A stretch of 64,000 nt of DNA, from the NCBI GenBank assembly GCA_964106645.2, contig OZ067039.1; one strand, given 5' to 3'. Under the pieces are notes generated by a model. That model ran no database searches. It was not told the DNA's origin and saw only the letters and a program-made list of their open reading frames with translations. The stretch is from Podarcis pityusensis. Its lineage: Eukaryota. The position numbers were made by a program, and so were the translations under genes. Numbering within the stretch: position 1 is the stretch's first letter; every line of letters begins with the position of its first letter. Positions 12,495 through 51,009 of this stretch are shown in pieces.

Positions 12495-14488
12495 TTTGCC
12501 AGGATGAGACACTGACAAGCAAGTTTTTTGCAGATCTCATGTGGAAATCTACCTGTGGAACAGAATTGCTCTGTGATTAAGATTGACTTCAGTGTAAGGA
12601 AGTAGGAAAGGTTATATTTGTGTGGTTGCTAATGCAGGACAGGTGAAGAGTGTTGCTAAAAGCAATGGAGAAATTAAATATATATAGATATACTGTATAG
12701 ATATAATGGGGATTACGATTGTGAATTCATTTTTGTCTTTTAATTGAGGAAACCAAGATGTTTGTTTGCCCTACAATCTCATGCCAAAATACTCATCGGA
12801 TCTGAAAATATTTTTATAATAACACGCATGTAATTAAGAGAACAAGCGGACAGTAGGCAATGAGGTACAAATAATTCCGAATGATTTAAGCCAGCAAATG
12901 GGGGAAAGAAGAAAGACAGGATAGAACCTGATCTGATTTGTGGGTTGGAGTAGTTCTTGTTTTCGTTTTGTTTTTAAAGACTGAAACTACTAGGTGGCAG
13001 GGGAAAGTACTAATACCAGATGCTTTTGTACTTCATGCATATTTCACAAGTGAAATACTGGACTTCTTAATTATGCAGGCAAATAGATCACAGAAGTTTA
13101 TCTGTGTGAAAGGTTTCCCATGCACATGAATGATGATTCACATATTTTGAGGTTTAGATCATAGTTTCTGGCTGTAATGCTTGTAGCTTGTACTAAGAAT
13201 GTGCAGACTGAATGTCTTGTGATATGCTAGAAAATGTAAGGATGACCTCATGTCTATTTGTAAACATCTAACAGACTTCTTTTTAGTTTATCTTTTTCTT
13301 TTATATTGGACCACAGGCTTTCTAAAGCAGAGTTTTCTCTTAGTTCTGAAATATTTGTCATCTAGTGTTGCTTTAAAAGATGTATAGCTAATATATCAAA
13401 TTGGAAGCATTTTAACTTTAATGTTTATATTTAAGTATGCATGATTTGCTTATAATTTTATACTGTATTTTTTATTTATTCTATGATATGCTTTTATGTA
13501 AGCCACCTTGATTTCAATTTGGGAGTTGGGTGAGATATTAGTATTTTGAATGAGAAGACTTATAACATTAAAATCTTGATACCAAGCCGTCTAGACAAAG
13601 TAGGGGTAGTGATTTATTTAAAGTAAGATGAAGCAAACAAATGAACAACATTTGTGCTCTCATTTAGTCCAGAGAAGAATGAAACATTCTACTGATGACT
13701 TGTTTTTGGCGCTTGTGTCAGCCTTAAACACAATAACAGAACTGCAGGGAGCCAAACACATGTTTGCTTTCTGTTAATATATTTGTCATTAGCTAAATAC
13801 TGGTGAGGCTTAAGTGTCTTATCAAGATGGACAGTGATCTAGAGCAATAAGTTTCCAACAGCAGGATAAGAAAAATGAAGAGATTTATGTATGATGTGTC
13901 AGCTAGAAATGTTAATTATGGCCACTAGCCAAAGATATGTGGTTTGGTTCCAAAAAGTGTGCACTGTGATCAGAAAAGCACTTCTGCTCATCCAAGGAAG
14001 GGGCTCCTGCAGTTTTCAAATCTTCCGGCCATCTGCAGCCTCTCTTATGCCATATCTCACACCATTTCCCAAGGTCCTCAGACCTTATAGATCTGGTTTT
14101 GGGGGTACAGAAAGTGTGAAAACCTCTATTCCATGAGAAGAGCAAGACACTTGGTTCTTAGGAGCTGAGCCAATATGCACACAATAACATGATGCTTTTT
14201 GCTTTTTGGTTTTAAAAAGCTATATGTGAACTAGAATGTCTGGATTCAGATTTACTCTGAATTGGATTTATTATAATTTTACTGGAAAGAAACAAGCATC
14301 TAATATTTTCCCTATAAATTTAGTCAACTCAGCAGATGGGTATCAGAACACACCAGGAGTTGATTTCAAGCAAGGTTTACTGAGTCCTTTCTTCATCTTA
14401 TTTTCTCCACACGGCCCAATTTCTAACTCTAGCCTTAACTTTTTTGTCTGTTTTTCCCCTGTGTAGGTTTACAATTGTGCTATGAGAA

Positions 14489-40757
<26,269 letters not shown>

Positions 40758-40997
40758 TTTGTCAGCACAGAGGAACTTTCAGGTACTGCTGTAATGGAAG
40801 TTTTCGAGCACTCCATGTGAAATGTGATCAGAGGATACTGTCGTCTCTTTCCTTTCATTCCGAACAACACTCAATAGCAACTAATTGTGCCCATTCTGGC
40901 GGTAGCTTCATTGTGCATGGTTGAGTTTAAGTATCCTTGTGAATCATATGTAAATGACTTCCTCTGCAGTAGGGAAAATGTAAATTGTGTACGTGGT

Positions 40998-41009
40998 TAC
41001 TTGAATGTA
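40998..41009 (+). promoter_or_regulatory. Overlapping 8-mer seed matches for miR-26 (TACTTGAA) and miR-181 (TGAATGTA) in the PRKCD 3'UTR
   Basis: Sequence TACTTGAATGTA is complementary to seeds UUCAAGUA and ACAUUCA. Confidence 0.7.
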
Positions 41010-41094
41010 GTTATCCGTTTGGGGGGGGAATTATGTATATGCTGTATATTTTGCTCAAGAGGTGAAAGAGGTTATCGAAGGGTACTACCCTTCA

Positions 41095-41100
41095 AATAAA
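41095..41100 (+). terminator. PRKCD polyadenylation signal AATAAA (a second AATAAA lies at 41185-41190)
   Basis: About 340 nt after the stop codon, preceded by four TGTA(A/T)AT motifs at 40949, 40979, 41034 and 41043. Confidence 0.7.
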
Positions 41101-42042
41101 GTGAAATGGCTAGGCAGTTTTTAAAGTCCATCAAACTAAATAATTTGAGTTGATTCTGAGCTTCAAATATTGCTATTTTTAATTAATAAAAAGTGGCATC
41201 AATTGATTATGGTGCTTCTCAGGCCCTCAATCCAGCAGGTTTACAGCCTTTTAAGTTGTTCTTGCTTTGCTGTTCATGGATGAAGCCCCATCTAAAAGAC
41301 AGTGAAAGTAGTCTTTTTTTTAATTTAAAAACATGTGGGCCTTTCCTTATTAGACTACAGCTACCACAGGCCCCCTATCTGCAACCCAGTGAGTGAGGAA
41401 GTGAAGTGCTAGAGAACAAAGCTGTGTGTATGTGTGCCATTTAGTCCCCAACCCCCTTTGAGGATGCTGTCCTGTCCTCAGTGTTGGAAGAAAAATAGAA
41501 CTCCCAACTTAGTTGTTTAAGTGGGGAAGGGGATGCCATCTTGTCATTTATTTTTCCAGGCGTCAATCTGTATTGGGCACACGGTGAGGTAGAACTTGAC
41601 TTAAATGCAGTTGGGCAAACATTTAAATAAGCATGCATGAGACCGGGCAACACACCTTTAATGAAGGATGGTGGGCAGGTCTCATTTCAAAGAACCTGCC
41701 GTTAAAGACCTGTGTGGTTTGCGTCTAACTTTGGTCTCGTTGCCAGCCAATATAGGTCTAGTCAAGCCTCAGCACGCTTGAGAAGATGAAGGCTAGTTCC
41801 CGTAGGAGTATTTAAATACACAGTATGTGATAACTAATCATTGCTACCTTATATCTTGATCCAGATAACAGATTTTTAGGCTAGGCAGAAACACCCTACA
41901 ACATGTACAGCATGTTGAAACTGTGGGGTGGGTGGGATGTGGGGCAACAGGGAAGGAATGCTGTCAAACCAATGTATTGATTATGGATTGTTGAAAAACT
42001 TAGAAGGCTAAATAAAAATACATCTATTATCTGAAACGCTAC

Positions 42043-42825
42043 TGTCAAGGCTGCCTCAGGTCTCAGCTCACAAAAGACCAACGCCAATCTCTTCTTATAT
42101 ACAAAAGTGTTTATTGCAGTTCATTGTTTGCTTCATATCCGAGGCGCGCAGCCCCACGTCTGTACGCTTAGACCGTTGAAGTCCCCTCTGAGTCAGTCCC
42201 TCCCCTGCACCAGTTTAAGAGCCTTGCGCTGCTCCACCTCTTTCTCTCTTTCCTTTTCCTCAGGGTCTTCCTGCCCGCTGGGGTTTCGCCCCTCCTGGAT
42301 TCCCCTGACGCGCTATCCCCCGACTGCTCTTCCCCCCTCCTGCGGGCTTTAGGACCTGGCCCTTCCTCCGGGCTCCCTGTACTTCCGCGCGCCTCTACAT
42401 TTGAACTTGGCGCGCGCGCCCAACCTCTAACTTTCCTTTTGACAGTTACACTACTCCCTTCACTACTCCCCTCCCCTTCCGGGAGGGTGGCTTGCTCCGA
42501 CCTCCCTCCCTTCTCTGCTGCCGGAGCTGCTTCCCCTGATACACTGGAACCTCCACCCCCTTCGCTGCACTCTGGCGGGGAGGCTGGTCCTGACGCCCAG
42601 CTGCCACTTTGGGATCCCCCGCTGGCCCCCTGTTCCTGACACGTCCCCCCTGGGGCTCCCCTGGCCTTGACCACTGGCGCCCCCTTCTGGGAATCCTCTG
42701 ATTCGCTGGAAAGACTCATGGAATCTCTTGAGTCATTGTCATCCTCTTCCTCGCTGTCCTGGGATTCATCCCCATCGCTCTCCATCTCCTCCCTACCCTG
42801 TGCCTCTGTCCCTGAACCCCTGACA
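42043..42825 (-). mobile_element. Solo LTR (783 bp), probably Gypsy/Ty3-type
   Basis: TGTCA...TGACA termini; perfect 5-bp TSD GCTAC (42038-42 and 42826-30); minus-strand AATAAA at 42110-15; GC/CpG-rich. Confidence 0.9.
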
Positions 42826-45501
42826 GCTACCCTTCCTATTTTACCCTCTGAAAGCTAATGACCTGGACACTAACCCACAAAGCAGGCTCTTTTAAGCATG
42901 AGCCACCACTGACTTGGTAGCTAGGGCCCCTCCAGGCTAGCAAGAATATCCTCCAAGTATTCCTACTTCCCCCACTCCACTACCATAAATATTGCCTTCC
43001 CTGCAATGGCTTCCCCTGGGGCCTAAAATGGATACCCCTTGGAATTAATCCTCAGGGTGTCGATGCCAGAGCAACACTCTCTTTTTAGCTCTAATGCCAA
43101 CAGTGTTCTGGCATTGGTTCAGCCCTAGGCTTTGGGGGCACCAACATTAGAGCTCTGGTATCCATTAGAAAGGCTATGGTCCCCTGGGATGCTCTCTCAG
43201 GGACACATGACAGCATTTTTAAACATTCATGATTCTTTTTAAGATACACAGAATCTTTAGCTTTAATATTTTTGCTTCTTGAAAGTTGGGTTATGCTTCA
43301 AGGCAGAAGCTCACCACTTGCAACTTGAAATATCCCTACTGCGGAAACTCTTTGTTTTGATAGCTACAAATCTAGCCTTACTCTTGTTGAAAGTCACATG
43401 ATTTGTTAAGTCCAGCTTGCTGCAAGACGTATCTTTCCCATGTGCCAGGTTTCATAGGTTACTAAAAATATTTATTCTCTAGGCATCAACAGCAGACACT
43501 TTGGCTAAAGAGTCAGGCAGTACAATACTTCCTAGGAGTTTGTTTTTATAGGCAAAAGCACAAGTTTCCACAGCTACAAATACCACTATGCATTTGTAAA
43601 CTACTTTTTTAACACTGAGGTAATACTAAATTAAATAGAGGTCTGTCACGGTAGTCTACACGAGATTTGCTAGCTAGGACTCGGGGTGATTATCCAGATA
43701 TTTCATGAAATTAATAAGTTTAAAAATGACTCTGGGCTCAACACTGGCCTGATATAAACTGAATTCTCCTCAGGCAACTTCCTTTGTAACAGCAATTTCT
43801 AAATCTTCCATAAATTCAGAATGTACCTGTGGACATATTAGGCCACTTCCTAGAGCTACAAGTAAAAGTAAAACTGTATTAACTAAGGTATTTCCTATGG
43901 AATGTAGGTTTTATTATTTATTCCATAATTGATTTCCCTCCATCTGATTAACACTGACTAACATTACAGAAGCATTACAGAAAATTGCCAACTGCCTTCT
44001 GTAACATTTAAACTATTTCTTTATTTATACTGCCATCAGAAATCAGGAATCTTTTTCAGCTCAAGGGCCACACACCCTTCTTGGGGGTGCATGCGAGTGT
44101 TGGAAGGGGCAGAGAGGCAACTCAATTTAACTTTTGTAAATCAGGCTAGTTTCTACACACACACACATTCTATTCTTCAGGCAGACAAAGAGGCATTCAG
44201 CTACAAGAACACAGTCTAATCAGACAAAAACACAGCATGTGCAAAGAAGGGCCAGTAGGAGGTCTGGACTAAAAAGTCCAGAGATAGTTTTGCCTCCCAC
44301 CCAGGCCTAAGTTTCCCCATTCCTGCACTACTTTGTCAGCTTATTTCCAAACATCATCGCATGCTAAAGGAAAGTGAAAATTCCTTGATCAGCTGAGAAA
44401 AGAAATACAACAATACTATGAATTACAAGACAGCAGCTGGTGATGTCTACAAAACTACCTGGTTAAACAAGACAACTTCATAACCCATGGTTTGAAATTG
44501 GTTTGTTTGACACATCAACATTCTTTGAAACTGAAAGCTGGCCACACAGGAGAATGGGAAGTGGGAACATGAGAGCCAACTCTTTACTGGGTCTTGGGCA
44601 CATAGTGTTAATCCAGCTACTGACATACCTTAATTACATTAAATTATATTAGTTAAAATTCTTAAAATGAATGATTTGTGCCACGTTACCAAAGCATGGC
44701 TTGTACTTGCCAACTCAGTGTCCCATTACTCATCATCAACATCAGGTACACAAACAAACATTCAAGAATTTGTAGTGTTAGATGCCTGGTAACTTTCAGG
44801 GAAAATAGAACACTTCTAGACAGATCCTTCCTAGCCACCAGTCTGTGGTTAATGCAGACTACACAAGATAGAGTGAGCAGGGCAGAATTGATCCCAGGAT
44901 CATCCCATTGGTCCTAGAGGGAAAAGTACTGACTAGCAGGAAGGGTCATTATCTATCTGTTGTTTTGTTAAGAACAAAACAACCCTTCAAAAATAAGTTT
45001 GGAATTGGGTGAAAAAAGGATCCATCACACCATTTTCCATGTTTTTAGATTTTGTCAATAACAAAGACTCAGACTAAGATAAAATAGGAGAGGTTTAAAT
45101 ACTGAACAGGGTGGAGTTCAGTCAGCTTTAAGCATTTAAAGCCTCCAACTTATGAGGCACAATTAACAGATTACTCCCTAACCGCAATTATCTCCATCCT
45201 AAACAAAAATGAAAGGAATCCATCATCTCAGCATCTTATGAACCCTGACTTTGTGGAGCCAGCTGGTTAAAATCTGTCAAGTGGCTATTCTCTGTGGAGT
45301 GAAATCTCTCAACAATTCGATTTAAAAGAAATGATGCAAACACAGAGGAAGATGGAAAAGACGGAAAGAAGGGATGGCCGAGGAAAGAGTGATGAGTGAT
45401 GGCAGCTGGGAAAGTGATGAGAGTTATAGAAGATTTGCTACATAGCAGGGGGACTATACTGCTGTTGGCTCTAATTATTAGTGGGCTCTACCCTAGCCAC
45501 A

Positions 45502-45573
45502 GGGACACGGGTGGCACTGTGGGTTAAACCACAGAGCCTAGGACTTGCTGATCAGAAGGTCGGCGGTTCGAAT
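45502..45573 (+). mobile_element. Sauria-SINE-like tRNA head only
   Basis: GGGACACGGGTGGCACTGTGGGTTAAACC...GGTCGGCGGTTCGAAT (A and B boxes); similarity stops after the B box. Confidence 0.7.
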
Positions 45574-46744
45574 GGACATGCCAGGATACAGTGCTACACT
45601 TGCATCACTACATTAAATAAATAGCACTCTTTGATGTAAAAAATTGTAGAAAGATAGCTAGAAATAAAGTTCTGATTCTCTTTGATTCAAATTAATCCAG
45701 CATTTTCAGGAAACAACCCGAAACAATGACAGTGCTATTTAAACGCTGGCAATGGCAGCCTAAAAGAAGAGTCGTTTTATGAGTAATGGCAGGGGGTAAA
45801 TAAATTATGGCTGAAGGAGGAGTAGGTGTTTAAAAGAAGCAGTCACCTGTTTCTGCTAGTCTCAAAGTGCCAGCAACACTTCAAAAAACATATGTAAATA
45901 CAGCAGTGCTGCTTAAAACCAAACATTGACAGTTCATCCAGTGACAGTTCATCTAGCACTAACTCCAGCAAACCTCACAGTTCCTGGCCTGTTGTTGTAG
46001 AATATAAAAACCTGGAAATGACTCAATATTCATCAATAGCACTTGAAATATATGCTTGACCCAATTTGACAGATTTTAGTTTGAACATCGTTGCACTTGA
46101 GCTGGACATGAAGTGTCCAAAAAAAAAAAAAAAGAAAAAAATTCAGGAGAGAGAAAAGTCAATTAGCATCCCTCACAATTTAAAACAATGTTTATTAGCT
46201 TGGGATAAATCTCATGTAAGATTAAATTGAAGGCCAAATATATCCTTAGAACTAGGTGAGTTAACAGTCACATCCGAATTAGTCTCATTCAAAATCATTT
46301 GGGTCTACGATACATGTTATGACAAAAGGAAATGCTTTCATAACCTTTTCCATTTCTTGTACCTACTGAGAGGAATTTCACATAAGCAAAGCCACCGGCT
46401 ATCATTCAAGTGTACACTTAAAAGGAAACGGCTAGTAATGGGAACTCTCTGATAAATGTACCTGTCAGATCCATATTTTTAGAAACCCTCTTCACACTTT
46501 CAAAAGTAGAGGATGAAGCAGTCCTGTGGATCAACCAATACAAGAGGTCTTCTGGATTAGTTGATCACTAGAAACCCAGATGAAGCTGGTGGCACACCAA
46601 CCATCTAACATATTCGTTTTAAACTCATTTACTTTGAAGCAAGCAAACTCATTTCAAAGGGGCTCATTTCCAAATTGTGGAATTAGGATCACATCTTAAG
46701 TTAAATTAGAATCCAGAGCTTCCAAGTATTTTCATTTTCAAGTA

Positions 46745-49355
46745 TCAACATACAATTATAATTTATTCTTGCACACAATGATTTTTTCAGTTATACAATC
46801 TTGTAAATAGAAACTACTGTTATCACAGTATATTTAGATGTAGCCTATAAAAATATCTACTATACATAAAATATTTAGCCACAGTTTTACAGCACGTTGA
46901 GAAATATGAAGGTTGGGGGGGGGGAGAAAGCAAATACTTCTGGTTAAGAAAAGGTTAGAAGAAAATGCTACACCCGCCAATGAAGGCTAGCTTGCAGGCT
47001 AAGCTAACTTAGAGGAGAGTATTTTCCTATAGGAACCACATTTACCACTTAAAATCCAAAGTTATACCTGCACAATTTTCTGCTCATGAATCCTCAACTT
47101 TTCAGGGATGAACTCAAGCCCATTAAGGAGCCAATAATAATAATAATTACTTGTGGCTCACATCTAGAGAAGTTAGGGCTAGGCTGTTGACACGATTCAT
47201 CTGTGATTTAAGCCATTACCCAAAATCCCCTTCTCCAGCTGACACCATACTGTGGGCCAACAGCAGAGCTCTCCCTTTTCATCTACTCCAGTAAGTCGTG
47301 ATCTACCTGAATAAATACATTATGATGTCAAGGCATATTATCTTAAAGGATGGAGTACAGCTAAAGCGCTTCTGAAGTGTTTGATAGTTTAACACAGTCC
47401 TTTTTATGTTTCTGAAATAAGGTTGGCTTTATGGCTTATCTCCAGAACGCTGATTATATTGCTAAGCTACCTTATTAAAGAAATTAAGAACACGGCAGTA
47501 TGTTACATTATAGCACCCAGCCACATAAACGAGTCCCCACTTGGCAAAGCTTACATAGTCCATTGCAGAGAACTCTTAACATTAACAGCATGGCAAGGTT
47601 CGATGAGGTACCAGCACAGACAGCAAGGCAAAAAAGCATTCAAATCACACAGGACAAAGCTTTCTTCGGTTCAAGAACAAACAGGCACCTAATCTGCTGC
47701 TTGCTGATTTGTATCACATGGACAGATTATTTACACTATACGTTGGCTTAGTACAACAAACACAACTGGCCTAACATGCATGAAGTTTTATCACTAACAG
47801 GAATTTCTTTCACACGCCTCCCATTCATTTCAACAGGATATATCTGGAGCATATCCCTGTTGGGTTGTGACCCTAAAGCAGGACTGATCCAATTTCACTT
47901 ACAGCATAGTATCCCTCTTTGCATATAAATACTTGAAAATCCTAGAGGGCCCTATTCTTCACTATGCTCTTGAGCTCCACTAAAGGAATGCACAGAGGCA
48001 AAGATGTGGCTGCTTAAGGTTCACGGAAAGAAAGAATCCTGAGTCCTCATTTTGGGGGGGGGGGTGGAAGATTGTTTCCATTTATGAATGTGCAAATCCT
48101 GTTCTCATCAATAAAGTAGAAGATATGCAATAAAGGATCACTTTCATCTTACCCATCCAATGCATTTTAACTTAAATATCACCAATACATAATAAAAATA
48201 AAAACCCCAAACAGGTAATACTTCATCTGTGACTTTGGTTCAAGAAGATAGGTAAGAGCAAGCTTGCATTAATGCCAATAACTCCGGAGCGCTTCATAAT
48301 AATTTGGTCTCTCTAGTAATTTGTCTTATACCGTCCCTGCACTGTTATTGCCATTCACCTCTGGTAACCACCATGCACCATGCTAATTGCTTTATTGTTA
48401 TTATTATCTGCTCCACTTGGAGCAATGTTTACATTAGTGTCAATTAAAAATCCTCCCTTTTCATAGGCTTCTCTGCTTGGGGTTTGGAGTTTGAGGGGGT
48501 GTAAAAAGGGGGGGAGGACCAGGTAAAACAGTTAAGTAAAATATGCGGTTTTTAATAAGCAGACAAAATAGGTTTGCCGTATGCATGATGTGGAAAGGAA
48601 ACTATTCACACAGTATTCAAATAATAATAATAAACCAGGAGTTCTGGAACATTTCAACAAGATAGATGGAATGCATCTGGGAAAATATTACCTATTCTGG
48701 CTTTCCATTAAATGATGTGAAGCATCAAGTGGAGCCTTTAGTAAAATTACCTAGAAATTAGTGCAGCTACCAAAAAAAAAGAAAGAAAATAAATTGTTTC
48801 ACTGCAAAGCAATGACTTGGAGTGGACAACACTGCTTGTTGCTAAAATTGATATATTAACTGGATTAATATATCTCACAAAGAGACTGGTGGTACCTTTT
48901 GTTGTATACTAAAATAAATAGTTGGAAGAATCCTCGAAGAAACATTGGTAAAGATTTTATATATAATATAGGAATAAAACAGGAAATCACAGCAAGAAAG
49001 GCTTAGGAAAGTATTGCAGAAGAAAGCTAAGATACAGCATTAAGAGAGACACCAGCATTTCATACTTTTAACATCCACAGTCGAAGAACAACAGGATAAA
49101 GACAACATATATTAATTTAAAAGCAATTTCATTCTCTGTTCCACAAATACTTGGTCCATTTCAACCTTTAATGCCAACTTTGCCTTGTGCCAGACCCAGG
49201 CAGTTGAAACCGCGTCTTCGAGAAGAAGAGGAGTGCATGCATTTCTGTGTTGCTTGGCTTCCTTGAAGGCTGCCTTCATTCTCAGGTCCCTGAGTGGTTT
49301 CCTTAGCACTGCTTCAGCAGTTTGGGACGGTGCTGGCAAGGGGAGGTCAAAGGTG
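46745..49355 (-). other. PFKFB4: Probable long 3'UTR of the distal PFKFB4 terminal exon
   Basis: About 2.6 kb, AU-rich, with no young TE that I could see; minus-strand AATAAA at 46762-46767, alternatives at 48391-96 and 46191-96 (the last followed by a U-rich tract). Confidence 0.55.
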
Positions 49356-49415
49356 CTACAAATGATTAGGTACAGTCCTCAAAGCTTCTTCTCGAGAGCG
49401 GCTAACGCATACATT
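49356..49415 (-). CDS. PFKFB4: PFKFB4 alternative (duplicated) terminal coding exon (NVCVSRSREEALRTVPNHL*)
   Basis: Strong acceptor tcttgttctcttttcag|, phase 0, same 60-nt length as the canonical exon and 12/19 aa identical to it. Confidence 0.85.
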   Translation of the reverse strand, partial: NVCVSRSREEALRTVPNHL

Positions 49416-50827
49416 CTGAAAAGAGAACAAGACAGCAAGCTTTATATACTTCACTCAAACACAATGCTTGCCCTTTGGCCAATTCCTGAACACTTCTCAC
49501 TACCTATGGGCTTTCCTTTGCTAGTTCATGGAAATATGGTGAAATTAAGGCTGTAATCCTATGCACATTTACTTTAGCATAAGACCCACCGACATCAGTG
49601 AAGCCTCGCTTCCCAGAAAATATGCACAGAGTTGGGTTGGATAAAATCACAATTTTTTTGTCTTATCTGGTTCCTCTATATATTCATGCGTTGTAACAAG
49701 TTCCATCATTCCGGAATACATTTCTCAATATGCATCACTCTTCAGAGTTCCATTGTTCTGAACACCAGCTTATCAGAAACTCAGAGAGATCCCAATGTGA
49801 GTTTAGCTGCACTTTGAATGCTTGGTCTTAGGCCTCTGGGCCCCTTATGTAGCCCTAGGTGGAAGTCTGGTTTTTTCCAGTGTTCACTGGGAATTACCAA
49901 CATAAGCACATACTGCTAGCTGATTGAACAACCCAGATGAAGTGTTTTCATTATCACAGTCAATGCAATGACACATGCACAAGTCCAGGAGGGAGAGATC
50001 CTTGAGAGTCACAAGTTTGAACCCAGCTGCAATGCCTATACACAATACTTTTCCTTCCCTTTAAACCTGTAACTGTATTAGGCAACAAGCTATGTGATAC
50101 TACCACCTCTCATCACAGATAAGATATGTCATGACAGATTGAACACTCAACATACTAGTCTTCAGGCATTCCAGTGACATATGAAAACAACAAGCAAGCC
50201 GAGACAAATTGCTAAGCTCCGGCTCCATCACCCTCCATAAGTTGGGATGTTAAACATCTGAAGCAGACAACCTCCTACAGTCATGGAGGCTTCCAGTGTG
50301 ATTAAGGACCCAGGAAGATAAAGGTCTGAAATTGCTTAAGGAAGCCTCCACAGATACAAGAGGCTATACAAGTTAGATCAGTCTTTCTCAACCTTAGGTT
50401 TCCAGATGTTGGACTACAACTCCCATCAACCTTAGCTAGCAGGACCAGTGGTCAGGGATGATGGGAGTTGTAGCCCAGCCACATCTTGGTGACTCAAGTG
50501 TTGAGGAAAACAGTGGGTGAGGCTTAGTGCACTTCTCCCCACTTGCAAGTTGTTTTTACACACAAGTAGAATGTCTGAACAACCAAAAATTACCCCTCAG
50601 GGACTCAAAGGCTGCCAATTGCAAATCTCTATCCTAGAAGCTCATTCTATCCTAGACCACAGTCATTCTAGCAGCAGCCATTGGATGCAAGTTACTACCT
50701 GATCCTTGAGATCAAGTTAAACCGCCCTACATAGTTTTTGCTCAGGCCAAAAAAAGCCATTTATACATAGGCTTTGTTTTACCAGTGTAATGAAATGTAC
50801 AAATCGTTTTCTAGTTGTGTTCAGATC

Positions 50828-51009
50828 AGGGCTATTGGACAAGGTAGATCCCATGCATTGTATGCAGAAGACCCCAAGTTCAATCCCTGAGATCTCAGCT
50901 GGGGGGCAATACAAAACACCTCTGCCTGTGACCTTAGAGAGCTACTGCAGTACTGGGCTTACATGGACCAAGAGCCTGATCTAATATGCAGCAGCTTCCA
51001 ACATTCCTT
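50828..51009 (+). mobile_element. Squam3-like SINE, diverged
   Basis: ATGCAGAAGACCCCAAGTTCAATCCCTG ... GAGAGCTACTGC ... ATGGACCAA ... GCAGCTTCC. Confidence 0.55.

Noticed and set aside
1-14466. Non-coding 5' exons and promoter of PRKCD
   Set aside because: Expected because exon 14467 has an acceptor, but no CpG island or unambiguous exon is visible; the promoter may lie outside the window.
49112-49339. 75-aa minus-strand ORF after the distal PFKFB4 exon
   Set aside because: TTG start in a different frame from the exon, and that frame is closed by TGA upstream; treated as 3'UTR. Read-through of TAG-C would add only three residues before the next TGA.
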